A stretch of DNA of 64,000 nt from assembly GCA_963845145.1 (NCBI GenBank), contig CAWJQU010000004.1, positions 128,001 to 192,000 of the forward strand, given 5' to 3'. This DNA comes from an uncultured delta proteobacterium (lineage in GTDB: Bacteria > Desulfobacterota > Desulfobacteria > Desulfobacterales > QNYZ01). Position numbers and translations under genes: made by a program. This document shows positions 21,645-30,738 of this stretch, piece by piece. Position 1 is the first letter of the stretch, and the number at the start of each line of letters is the position of its first letter. The notes beneath the pieces are model-generated. The model worked only from the letters and a program-made list of their open reading frames with translations, had not been told where the DNA came from and made no database searches.

Positions 21645-21693
21645 AACTTGGCCTATTTTATCCCCTCTATAAGCTTATTATTTTCCCACGATC

Positions 21694-23364
21694 CTAACTT
21701 CGCTTTTTATGGCAACCGACACAGTCGGTGGCCTTCGGCTCTTCAATCTTCATGATCTGATGGCACGATATGCACTGCCCGTGGTAGGCCCCTTTGAGCC
21801 CGAGTCTTTCATTCTGTCCCGGCTTGAAGGCCTCTCCATGACAGGTGGCGCATTTGGGCGGTTTCGTCGAGCTCGGACTATTGTGGTGACATCCCATGCA
21901 CAAGGTTGTCGGTTCGTTATGAAAAAAACGGGCCATCCGGTCGTTTTGGATGCCATTGGCCAGCGTTCGAACCATTTTCCCGTGGGGTAGGGTCACCGCG
22001 TCGTATTTATCTGCCATGCCGTTGATCGTAACGGTCTCCGGTATCTCTTCTTTTGGCGGTAAGGCGGGCATTTTAGCCTGCCCGGACAATGTTTCCCGGG
22101 CCAGGGCCGCTTTATGTTCAGTGCTCAATGGTAAAAGGCCGATGGCGGATCTGTCTACGACATGGCAACGGTTGCAGGTCATGTCTGAGAACGTCTCTTT
22201 CGGCATGGCGGCATGGCATCCGGCACAGTTTTGGGCCGTCTGGCTTTGCTTATGGCAACCCACACAGCTTTTTTCTGTTTGTGTGCCATGCATGGCGGTT
22301 TCCAGCCGAATGAAATCGCCTTTCTTATCACCGGTTTGGGTATGACATTCGCTGCAGCGTTTTAATGATTCATGATGGCAGGTCATGCAATCGGAAGTTT
22401 TTGATTCGTGGGCCTGATGGTTGAACGCCACCGGGTTGAGATCGTTTTTTGTTTGTGCCGTACTCGATTCGGTGCGGTCCATCCAGGCGGCCAGCAGGAC
22501 TGAGTCCGGTTGGTTGCGCTTCAGGCGAGGGACCTGTTCGACGATTGTAATCTTATTTTGTTCGGTTAAGTCATGGCATCCGTTACAATTGATGGGGCCC
22601 GCTTTTTTCGATGCCTCACTTGCCTGCTGGTGACAATTGATGCAGGCCGAGTGAGACGCCTCTTTCATGGGCCGGGCTTCTTCGGTTTTTTCCGCTTGAT
22701 GGCAGTATCGGCAATTGGCCTCTTCGCCTTTAATATATACGGTTTTTTGGGCCTTCTTATCGTAATTATGATGACAGGCAATGCAATTGTCACCATCAAC
22801 CGGTTGTTTGATTTTGATGGTAGACGATGATTCGTGGCGGTAGTGCAACGACTTATCAAAAGCAAGGGGCTGCCAGGAAGATGTTGCCGTCGGCTTTTTA
22901 TTATGACAGGCACGGCATTCCCCGGCGACCGGCCCGGCGGACTTACCCGAGTCAGCGGTTTCCTGATGACAACCGATACAATTGTCGTGGTAAATCGCCA
23001 TCTCGATTTCGGGCCGGCTCTCTTGGTCCCGTTTATACTTAAATATAAAGGTATTGTCCTTTCGGGTATGGCAGGCGGTGCAATCTTTTTGACCTTTGAG
23101 TACATCGGTGTGCCGATCGTGGAGAAACTGGACGGCCGGCATGACTTCACCGCCGGGAACGGGTGGCAGGTCGATCATGATGATGTCGGGCCGTGTGTTT
23201 GAATCTCCCGCTTCTGTGTTGAAATGCATCAGGCAAATCAGCGCGCTAATTAGAATGGCGACCAGGATGACTCCCGCCCGGTGTCCCAATGATATTTTCC
23301 CTGCCATGGACATATCCCTTAATCGATTAGGTTGGTGATCGATTCTCGTTATATTTTGATTCAT
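21694..23364 (-). CDS. hmcA: High-molecular-weight 16-haem cytochrome c (true start probably downstream, near 23307-23313)
   Basis: 16 CxxCH motifs counted; N-terminal signal/TM segment; c3-type F.H..H motifs. Confidence 0.92.
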   Translation of the reverse strand: MNQNITRIDHQPNRLRDMSMAGKISLGHRAGVILVAILISALICLMHFNTEAGDSNTRPDIIMIDLPPVPGGEVMPAVQFLHDRHTDVLKGQKDCTACHTRKDNTFIFKYKRDQESRPEIEMAIYHDNCIGCHQETADSGKSAGPVAGECRACHNKKPTATSSWQPLAFDKSLHYRHESSSTIKIKQPVDGDNCIACHHNYDKKAQKTVYIKGEEANCRYCHQAEKTEEARPMKEASHSACINCHQQASEASKKAGPINCNGCHDLTEQNKITIVEQVPRLKRNQPDSVLLAAWMDRTESSTAQTKNDLNPVAFNHQAHESKTSDCMTCHHESLKRCSECHTQTGDKKGDFIRLETAMHGTQTEKSCVGCHKQSQTAQNCAGCHAAMPKETFSDMTCNRCHVVDRSAIGLLPLSTEHKAALARETLSGQAKMPALPPKEEIPETVTINGMADKYDAVTLPHGKMVRTLANGIQNDRMARFFHNEPTTLCMGCHHNSPSSTKPPKCATCHGEAFKPGQNERLGLKGAYHGQCISCHQIMKIEEPKATDCVGCHKKRS

Positions 23365-23596
23365 ACAAAATTGATAGGATATAAACCTACCATTTTAATA
23401 TGCAAAGTCAAGAAAAAATTGAACGAGCTTCAATATCTTTCATCTAATTGTAACAATATGGAATCTTTAATAAATTTGATATGGAGGCATCTCGGCAGGA
23501 AGCGGTGGAAACGGTCAGGTTTTCAGATAGGATGGTGGCAGGAAAAAAGATGGGTGCGCCGCCATTGGGTGACGATACGCCCTATTTCTTTGCCTA

Positions 23597-24112
23597 TCAA
23601 CTACTTGATAGGCATTCGTTCAAGGTTTTTAAATCATCGATGCACTGGCCACACTCGGCCCGTTGGGTTTCGTCTTTTCCACAATAGGTGATGAACGATT
23701 TTAACCAATCTTCGCCGGCCCGGGGGCAGACATGAATATATTCAATAAAAAGAATCAGCCGGTCGATGGTTTTTTTGTCAATGGCGTGTTCCATCCGACA
23801 AGCATTATCCTCAGCGGTAACCGGGTCGATTTGAAGGACATTTAACAGAAAATCTTTTAAAACCTGGTGACGATGGGTGATTTCCCTGGCAATCCGCTTA
23901 CCTTTTGAAGTGAGCGTGATGAAACTGTAAGGTTCGTAATTGATCAGCCCTTTTTCACCCAGATTTTTTAGCGCGCCGGTTACCGATCCTCGCTGGACCT
24001 GCAATTTTTCAGCGATATCCTTGGCACGGGCCACCTTGGTGTCATTTTCAAGCGCAAGAATCACTTCCAGGTAATTTTCCATGCTTTCGGAAAGGTCTGA
24101 TGCCGTCGCCAT
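23597..24112 (-). CDS. DtxR/MntR family metal-dependent repressor
   Basis: LSESMENYL, DIA..L.V...SVT, LT..G, ACRMEH; divergent from feoAB. Confidence 0.92.
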   Translation of the reverse strand: MATASDLSESMENYLEVILALENDTKVARAKDIAEKLQVQRGSVTGALKNLGEKGLINYEPYSFITLTSKGKRIAREITHRHQVLKDFLLNVLQIDPVTAEDNACRMEHAIDKKTIDRLILFIEYIHVCPRAGEDWLKSFITYCGKDETQRAECGQCIDDLKTLNECLSSS

Positions 24113-24163
24113 AATAATTCCTTCCGGTGCCAATAACCCTGTTTGCGAATGGTTGATCGTTCA

Positions 24164-24257
24164 TTAGGATATCAAACCTAATAATATAAGTCAAAAAGTA
24201 TTTTCTTCGTTTTATCCGACATTTTTGTTGACACCCTATAAAATTTGGCTTACCTAA
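24164..24257. promoter_or_regulatory. Putative DtxR-type operators and divergent promoters between dtxR and feoA
   Basis: ttagg-atatcaaa-cctaa (24164-24181) and tttgg-ctta-cctaa (24244-24257) resemble DtxR/IdeR TTAGG..CCTAA half-sites; ttgaca at 24228 (+) and ttgact-N17-tatcct on the - strand. Confidence 0.5.
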
Positions 24258-24294
24258 CAATATAACTAATGCGAAACTAAGGAGAGAAGGTTCA

Positions 24295-24531
24295 ATGCAT
24301 AAACTGCCGATGAGAAAAATGAAAAAAAATCAATCCGGTATTATTTCAGCTGTTAAGGCGACAGGAGAGCTTGGACGGCGTATTCGGGACATGGGGTTGG
24401 TGCCGGGGTCGGAGATTAAAATTCAGGGACATGCCCCCCTCTATGACCCGGTATCCCTGAGGGTCATGGGATTTACATTGTCGCTGAGGAACAGTGAAGC
24501 CGATTTTATCGAAGTGGAGGTTAATGAGTAA
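24295..24531 (+). CDS. feoA: Ferrous iron transport protein A
   Basis: RRIRDMGLVPG, APLYDP, LSLRNSEA. Confidence 0.93.
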   Translation: MHKLPMRKMKKNQSGIISAVKATGELGRRIRDMGLVPGSEIKIQGHAPLYDPVSLRVMGFTLSLRNSEADFIEVEVNE

Positions 24532-26746
24532 AATGGATGCGACCATCGCATTGGCCGGAAATCCCAATTCCGGTAAAACAACGCTTTTTAACGCCCTCAC
24601 AGGTGCCCGGCAGCACGTGGGTAATTACCCGGGGGTCACCGTTGAAAAAAAAGAGGGCATCTATGAAATAAACGGGCACCAATTGAGGATAGTGGATCTA
24701 CCGGGAACCTATTCCTTGACGGCTTACTCACTGGAAGAGGTGGTCACACGCGATTTTCTCGTTCAGGAAAAACCACAAGTCGTCGTTGATATCGTCGATG
24801 CATCCAATTTGGAACGAAATCTTTACCTGACGTTGCAATTTATGGAATTGGGCGTGCCCGTTTGTCTGGCCCTGAATATGATTGATGTGGCTAAGACACG
24901 GGGAATTTCCATTGATATTGAAAAGTTATCCGGGTCTTTGGGCGTGCCCATCGTTACCACCGTGGCACGTACCGGAAAAGGCAAAGATCAATTGATAGCC
25001 GTGGCCGAAGAGGTCATCAAGGGCGAGCGTGCGCTGCGGCCGCTGGTTATTTCATACGGCAAGGATATCGATCCGGCTTTAATCGAAATGGAGAAGATCA
25101 TCCAACCGGCCCAATTTTTAACCGACCGTTACCCGGCGCGCTGGGTGGCGTTGAAATACATGGAAAATGACGAACAGGTAAGAAAACTGGGGTTTCAACA
25201 AGATAAAAACCTGTCGGATCGTCTCGATCGGATCGTCACCCAGGTGGCGCACCATATTGAGGATACCCTGGACTCCTATCCCGAAGCGGTTATCGCTGAC
25301 CAGCGTTACGGCTTTATCAAATCCCTGCTAAAAGACAATGTCATCACCCATAGCAAAGATCCCAACCGGCTGTATATTTCCGATAAAATCGACAAGGTGT
25401 TGACCAACCGCCTGGCAGGCCCACTGATCATGCTGGCTGTTATTTTCGGGCTTTACCACTTTACCTTTACCTATGGCCAAGTGCCCGTCGGGTGGCTGGA
25501 AGGGGTTTTCGGTTGGCTCGGTGGATTGATCGATCAAATTCTGCCGGAAGGGTTGTTAAAGTCATTGATTGTTTCAGGTGTTATCGAGGGCGTCGGCGGT
25601 GTGCTGGGGTTTGTGCCGTTGATCATGTTTATGTTTATGGGTATCGCTTTTCTCGAAGACTCAGGTTATATGGCCCGCATGGCCTATATGCTCGACCGCG
25701 TTTTTCGCCTATTCGGCCTACACGGCAGCTCGGTAATGGCCTTTATCGTTTCCGGTGGGATTGCCGGCGGATGCGCCGTGCCGGGCGTAATGGCAACGCG
25801 CACGCTTAAATCCCGCAAGGAACGCCTGGCCACCCTGTTGACAGTACCTTTTATGAATTGCGGGGCCAAGCTGCCGGTTTTCGCCATGCTGGTGGCCGCG
25901 TTTTTCGCCAGCTATGAGGCGATGATGATGATGATGATTACCTTCATTGCCTGGGCCGGGGCTCTGCTTTCGGCCAAGTTTCTGCGATCGACGGTGATTA
26001 AGGGTGCCAGCACGCCTTTTGTTATGGAATTGCCGCCTTACCGTCTGCCGACCTTCAAAGGACTGGCCATTCATACTTGGGAACGGACCTGGCAGTACAT
26101 TAAAAAAGCCGGGACGGTGATTCTCGGCATTTCCGTTATTCTATGGGCATTGATGACGTTTCCCGGATTACCCGAATCGAAACGTCAACATTATGAACAG
26201 GCGAAACAAACGATTATGGCCTCGGTTTCCTCGGAGACGCAGCAGGCGGTGGCATCCCCCAATGAAGTCGGAGATCTTCCCGCAGAGGCCGTAGCCATTC
26301 GGGCACGCTTGACAGAAATTGATATTGAACGGGCTGAAATGACCTTGCAGAGCTCTGTGGCCGGCCGTATCGGTAAAGCGTTGGAATCTGTCAGTCGTTG
26401 GGCCGGCTTTGACTGGCGCACCAACATCGCTCTGATCGGCGGTTTCGCCGCCAAGGAAGTGGTGGTATCGACACTGGGTACGGCCTACTCTCTCGGTGAT
26501 GTCGACAGTGAAGCCAGCGAATCGCTTTCAGCCACTCTGGCCCATGCCCCTGGCTGGCGCCCTTTGACCGCTTTGGCCCTGATCATCTTTACGATCTTTT
26601 ACGCCCCCTGTTTTGTTACCGTGGTCTCTATTGTTCGGGAATCCGGATCGTGGAAATGGGGTGCTTTTTCCATGGGCTTCAACACTCTTTTGGCGTTTAC
26701 CCTGGCTGTCATCGTTTTTCAGGTGGGTTCGGTCTTGGGTTTTTAG
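24524..26746 (+). CDS. feoB: Ferrous iron transport protein B
   Basis: GNPNSGKT, VGNYPGVTVE, DLPGTYSL, NMID, gate motifs GCAVP and PFVMELP. Confidence 0.96.
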   Translation: MSKMDATIALAGNPNSGKTTLFNALTGARQHVGNYPGVTVEKKEGIYEINGHQLRIVDLPGTYSLTAYSLEEVVTRDFLVQEKPQVVVDIVDASNLERNLYLTLQFMELGVPVCLALNMIDVAKTRGISIDIEKLSGSLGVPIVTTVARTGKGKDQLIAVAEEVIKGERALRPLVISYGKDIDPALIEMEKIIQPAQFLTDRYPARWVALKYMENDEQVRKLGFQQDKNLSDRLDRIVTQVAHHIEDTLDSYPEAVIADQRYGFIKSLLKDNVITHSKDPNRLYISDKIDKVLTNRLAGPLIMLAVIFGLYHFTFTYGQVPVGWLEGVFGWLGGLIDQILPEGLLKSLIVSGVIEGVGGVLGFVPLIMFMFMGIAFLEDSGYMARMAYMLDRVFRLFGLHGSSVMAFIVSGGIAGGCAVPGVMATRTLKSRKERLATLLTVPFMNCGAKLPVFAMLVAAFFASYEAMMMMMITFIAWAGALLSAKFLRSTVIKGASTPFVMELPPYRLPTFKGLAIHTWERTWQYIKKAGTVILGISVILWALMTFPGLPESKRQHYEQAKQTIMASVSSETQQAVASPNEVGDLPAEAVAIRARLTEIDIERAEMTLQSSVAGRIGKALESVSRWAGFDWRTNIALIGGFAAKEVVVSTLGTAYSLGDVDSEASESLSATLAHAPGWRPLTALALIIFTIFYAPCFVTVVSIVRESGSWKWGAFSMGFNTLLAFTLAVIVFQVGSVLGF

Positions 26747-26759
26747 TCGGGAGACATAG

Positions 26760-26978
26760 ATGCAAACACTCATTGTGATCATCATCGTCAGCCTATGCGT
26801 TTTTTATATTGGACGACGATTTTACAAAAATTTAAAAGGCGAACCATCATCCTGCGGTTGTGGGGATGGTTGTGGCGATTGTGCCAGCCGATCCCCGGAT
26901 TGTGACCCCAATGAAAATCCGGATTGTGGCCTTAATGAAAATCCGGATTGTGGCGTTAATAAAAATATGGACAGGTAA
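26760..26978 (+). CDS. FeoB-associated Cys-rich membrane protein with a repeat-expanded tail
   Basis: N-terminal TM helix then CGCGDGCGDC; directly after feoB; 3 x 24-bp repeat at 26895-26966. Confidence 0.8.
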   Translation: MQTLIVIIIVSLCVFYIGRRFYKNLKGEPSSCGCGDGCGDCASRSPDCDPNENPDCGLNENPDCGVNKNMDR

Positions 26979-27003
26979 CATTTCGCAGGGAGAATCAGAA
27001 CAT

Positions 27004-27762
27004 ATGGATAACCTAAAAACGCGTTTGAAACAGGGCGAGACGCTGGTCGGGTCGTTGGTCACCATACCATCCCCCGAAGTGGCTGAAATCATGTCACACG
27101 TCGGGTTCGACTATTTGTGGATCGATGCGGAACATTCCCCAATGGGGTTTGTCCATTGCCAAAGGATCATTCAGGCCGTGGGCGGGCGCTGCCCATGCCT
27201 CATTCGCATCCCTGAAAATAGTGGGGTGTGGATCAAAAAGGCACTCGATACCGGCTGTGATGGGATTGTGGTGCCCCAGGTTAATTCGGCCGACGAGGCC
27301 CAAGCCGTTATAGACCATTGTTTATATCCGCCCCTTGGCCGGCGAAGCATCGGTGTGTCAAGAGCCCATGATTTCGGCATCTCCTTCGATGATTATGTTG
27401 AAACCGCCAATGCAAAACTCACCATTGTTCTGCAAGTTGAGGATATTAAGGGGGTGAACGCGATTGAATCGATTGTGGGCGTTCCAGGTATCGATGCCAT
27501 TCTCATCGGGCCGTTTGATTTGTCCGGCAGCTTAAACGTGTTGGGGCAGATCACCCATCCTAAGGTTGAGGAGGCAATGAAAACCGTTAGCGGTCAATGC
27601 CAAAAGGCGGGTGTGCCTCTCGGGATATTTGCCGTTGATGCAGATTTTGCCAAAACCTCGATTCGAAGGGGGTATCGTCTCATTGCGCTGAGTCTGGACG
27701 CGTTTTATTTGTGGCAGTCGGCAAAGAAAGCGTTGAACGATGTTCGTGGCGATGGTGTATAA
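27004..27762 (+). CDS. HpcH/HpaI (GarL-like) class II aldolase
   Basis: GFDYLWIDAEH, LDTGCDGIVVP, YPPLGRR, QVE, IGPFDLS. Confidence 0.9.
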   Translation: MDNLKTRLKQGETLVGSLVTIPSPEVAEIMSHVGFDYLWIDAEHSPMGFVHCQRIIQAVGGRCPCLIRIPENSGVWIKKALDTGCDGIVVPQVNSADEAQAVIDHCLYPPLGRRSIGVSRAHDFGISFDDYVETANAKLTIVLQVEDIKGVNAIESIVGVPGIDAILIGPFDLSGSLNVLGQITHPKVEEAMKTVSGQCQKAGVPLGIFAVDADFAKTSIRRGYRLIALSLDAFYLWQSAKKALNDVRGDGV

Positions 27763-27806
27763 GTATAGCGGGCTTCCATAAAATAAGGAGTCCTGCATAT
27801 TGCCGT

Positions 27807-30668
27807 TTACCGCAGCAACTCCTGCACTTTATGGATAATCTCACGAATGCTGAAAGGTTTTTGAATAAAAGGTGTGTCTGGATGAATCTCCCAGTGATGA
27901 CCAATCGCGTCGTCTGTGTAACCGGACATCAAAAGCTCTTTGAGGTTAGGCTGTTTTTCCCTAAGGCGCCCTATCAGTTCGGTGCCGCTCATCCCAGGCA
28001 AGACGATATCTGTAATCACAAGGTCGGGCTTCAGTCCTTTCTCTTCAACCTTCAGTAGGGCTGCTTCCCCGTTTTCCGCGACATCCACATGATAACCGTA
28101 CTTTAAAAGCGCTTTCATCATTAAATTGCGGACGGCTTCTTCATCCTCCACCACCAGGATATACTCATCACCGGTTTTTATTGTTTTCCTTGCGGGTCTC
28201 TTTTTTTCAATGTTCTTTTCAGAATTTGTTTCGGGTAGATATATCTTAAAAGTTGTTCCGAATCCAGGTTCTGAATAAGCCCAAATATTGCCGCCGGATT
28301 GTTTGACGATGCCATATACCGTGGAAAGCCCCAATCCCGTACCCCTATCTTTGTCTTTGGTGGTAAAAAACGGTTCAAATACCCTTAGCAAGGTGTCCTT
28401 GTTCATGCCCGAACCGGTGTCATTTATAGCACACATCACATACTTTCCGGGTAAGACGCCCGGGTGTCCATCGGCATATGCTTCATCCAGCTCCACATTA
28501 GCGGTTTCGATAATCAGCTTACCGCCTGTTGGCATGGCGTCACGGGCATTAACCGCAATATTCATGATAACCTGTTCGATCTGGCCGGGGTCGGCAATCA
28601 CATGGTTTAAATTCTTAGACAGCGATAGACTCAACTCGATATCTTCGCCGATGAGCCGGCCGAGCATCTTTTCAAGGTTTGAAATAATATCATTGAGGTT
28701 TAGCACCATGGGTTGAAGCGTTTGGCGCCGGCTAAAAGCTAAAAGCTGACGTGTCAATGTAGCCGAACGGCGTCCGGCCTCAATGATTTCCTTCATGTCT
28801 TCCCGCAAAGGATCCCCGGGATGGAGCTCATCTAAGACACTTTCACTGTAGCCGAGAATAATGCTCAGTAAGTTGTTAAAATCATGGGCCACACCGCCGG
28901 CCAGACTTCCGATAGCCTCAACCTTCTGGGCCTGTTGCAATTGTTCTTGCAGTTGATTCTTTTCTTCATCTGAACGAATCTGTTGGGTCATGTCTTTTTT
29001 GACGGCGATAAAATTCTCAATCTTTCCATCCTGATCAAGCACCGGTGAAATCGTGGCCTGTTCGGTAAACAAGGTTCCGGATTTATTCCGATTGATTATT
29101 TGACCCCCCCAGACATTTCCACTGCTAATGGTCTCCCACAGCTCACGGTAGAAATTATCGTCATGGTGGCCACTATTAAGAATGCGCGGGTTCTGGCCGA
29201 TGGCCTCATGGTGGGAATAGCCGGTCAACCGTTCGAAACTGGGATTGACATATACGATTGTCCCCTCGGCATCGGTAATCACGACAGATTCACTCATCTG
29301 CTGTATCGCCGAGGTTAATCGCTCACGGTCCACCTCAAACTCCTTACGCTTGGAAATGTCGTTCACTATGCCCTCGTACCTGACCACCTTGCCGTCCGCA
29401 TCAAAATAGGCACGGGTGCTGTTGGATACCCAGATTGACGAACCATCTTTTCGGCGGGCTTTGAATTCGAAATTTTCAATCTTTCCATTCTTCCGGAGAA
29501 TTTGCTGAAAAACATGACGATCTTCGGGGTTCACATAGTACTGCGTAGTAATGTCGGAGATGGCAGAAAGGAGGTCTTTCGGTGATTCGTATCCGAGCAT
29601 ACTGGCAAAGGCTGGATTGACGCTGATAAACCGTCCCCCCGGTATGCTTTGGTAAAATCCTTCGAGTGCATTTTCATAAATATTTCGGTATTTATCCTCA
29701 CTCTCGCGCAACGCTCTTTCAGCTAAAGTGCGATCGGTGATATCTTCACCAATACTAGTAGCACCGGCGACATCCCCATTGGGATCATGGAAAACAGTAT
29801 TACTCCAGCTGATCAGACGTCGGTCTCCATTCCTGGTGATAATTTCATTTGTATAGTGCGCCGGAAAATTAGACGTTTTAATTGTTTCCAGGAATATAGA
29901 CCATTTTATTTCATCTTGAATTTCAGGCGGAAGAAAAGTCTTAAACCAGCTTTTCCCAATAATCTCCTCCCGTTTCCAACCCGTCATATTAAGCAAGCAA
30001 TCGTTGCAAAAGGTTATGTTTCCTTGAGTGTCCAGCGAGATGGCGATCAAATCCACGGTTTCCAGCACATTTCGGAGCCGCTTTTCAGATTCTTTCAGTT
30101 TCTTTTCAACCCGCTTTCGAACGGTAGCGTCACTGATAACTGCACGCAATCGGGTCTCGCTTTTGTTTTCGGTCTCAGTCAGAACCGATTCGATTTGAAC
30201 CCAGAGCGGCTCGGCATCTCTTTTGAGCATTCGTAGCCGGCACATGCAGGGTTGATTCTTATCTTGAATCTCCCGGTAGTGCAGGTAGAAAATGTCCTGG
30301 TCATTCGGAAAGATGAACGTGGAAAAGGGCTGTTTCACCAGGGTCTGTCGCTCGACTCCCAACATTTCAGCCAAAGTGAGGTTTGCCTCGAGGATCAACC
30401 CGCTGTTGTTGATAGTCACGTAACCTGCAGGCGCTTGGTCATACAGATCGGAAAAGCGGTCACGTGACTCGGCCAGTTCTTCCTGGATGCTTAAAAGCGC
30501 CTCGTTTTGTATCTCCAGCTCGATCTGATACGTTTGTAGCTCATGAACCAGTTCACGGACCTCTTGCATCGACAGTTCATGAATAACTGGAGGATGCTTT
30601 TTAAGTCTTGCTTCAGCCTGCTTGCGTAGCTCTGTGAGCTTGTCCGGATTCGCCTTGTGCGCGGTCAT
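27807..30668 (-). CDS. Multi-PAS hybrid histidine kinase with C-terminal receiver
   Basis: Four PAS/PAC repeats, AGGVAHDFNN, NARDAM, FEPFFTTK..GTGLGL, receiver domain. Confidence 0.93.
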   Translation of the reverse strand: MTAHKANPDKLTELRKQAEARLKKHPPVIHELSMQEVRELVHELQTYQIELEIQNEALLSIQEELAESRDRFSDLYDQAPAGYVTINNSGLILEANLTLAEMLGVERQTLVKQPFSTFIFPNDQDIFYLHYREIQDKNQPCMCRLRMLKRDAEPLWVQIESVLTETENKSETRLRAVISDATVRKRVEKKLKESEKRLRNVLETVDLIAISLDTQGNITFCNDCLLNMTGWKREEIIGKSWFKTFLPPEIQDEIKWSIFLETIKTSNFPAHYTNEIITRNGDRRLISWSNTVFHDPNGDVAGATSIGEDITDRTLAERALRESEDKYRNIYENALEGFYQSIPGGRFISVNPAFASMLGYESPKDLLSAISDITTQYYVNPEDRHVFQQILRKNGKIENFEFKARRKDGSSIWVSNSTRAYFDADGKVVRYEGIVNDISKRKEFEVDRERLTSAIQQMSESVVITDAEGTIVYVNPSFERLTGYSHHEAIGQNPRILNSGHHDDNFYRELWETISSGNVWGGQIINRNKSGTLFTEQATISPVLDQDGKIENFIAVKKDMTQQIRSDEEKNQLQEQLQQAQKVEAIGSLAGGVAHDFNNLLSIILGYSESVLDELHPGDPLREDMKEIIEAGRRSATLTRQLLAFSRRQTLQPMVLNLNDIISNLEKMLGRLIGEDIELSLSLSKNLNHVIADPGQIEQVIMNIAVNARDAMPTGGKLIIETANVELDEAYADGHPGVLPGKYVMCAINDTGSGMNKDTLLRVFEPFFTTKDKDRGTGLGLSTVYGIVKQSGGNIWAYSEPGFGTTFKIYLPETNSEKNIEKKRPARKTIKTGDEYILVVEDEEAVRNLMMKALLKYGYHVDVAENGEAALLKVEEKGLKPDLVITDIVLPGMSGTELIGRLREKQPNLKELLMSGYTDDAIGHHWEIHPDTPFIQKPFSIREIIHKVQELLR

Positions 30669-30738
30669 GACCCATTTTCTCCAAATTGATGATGGTTTTC
30701 AAAATGGTTTTTCCGACCTATTTGTATTCAATGGAACA

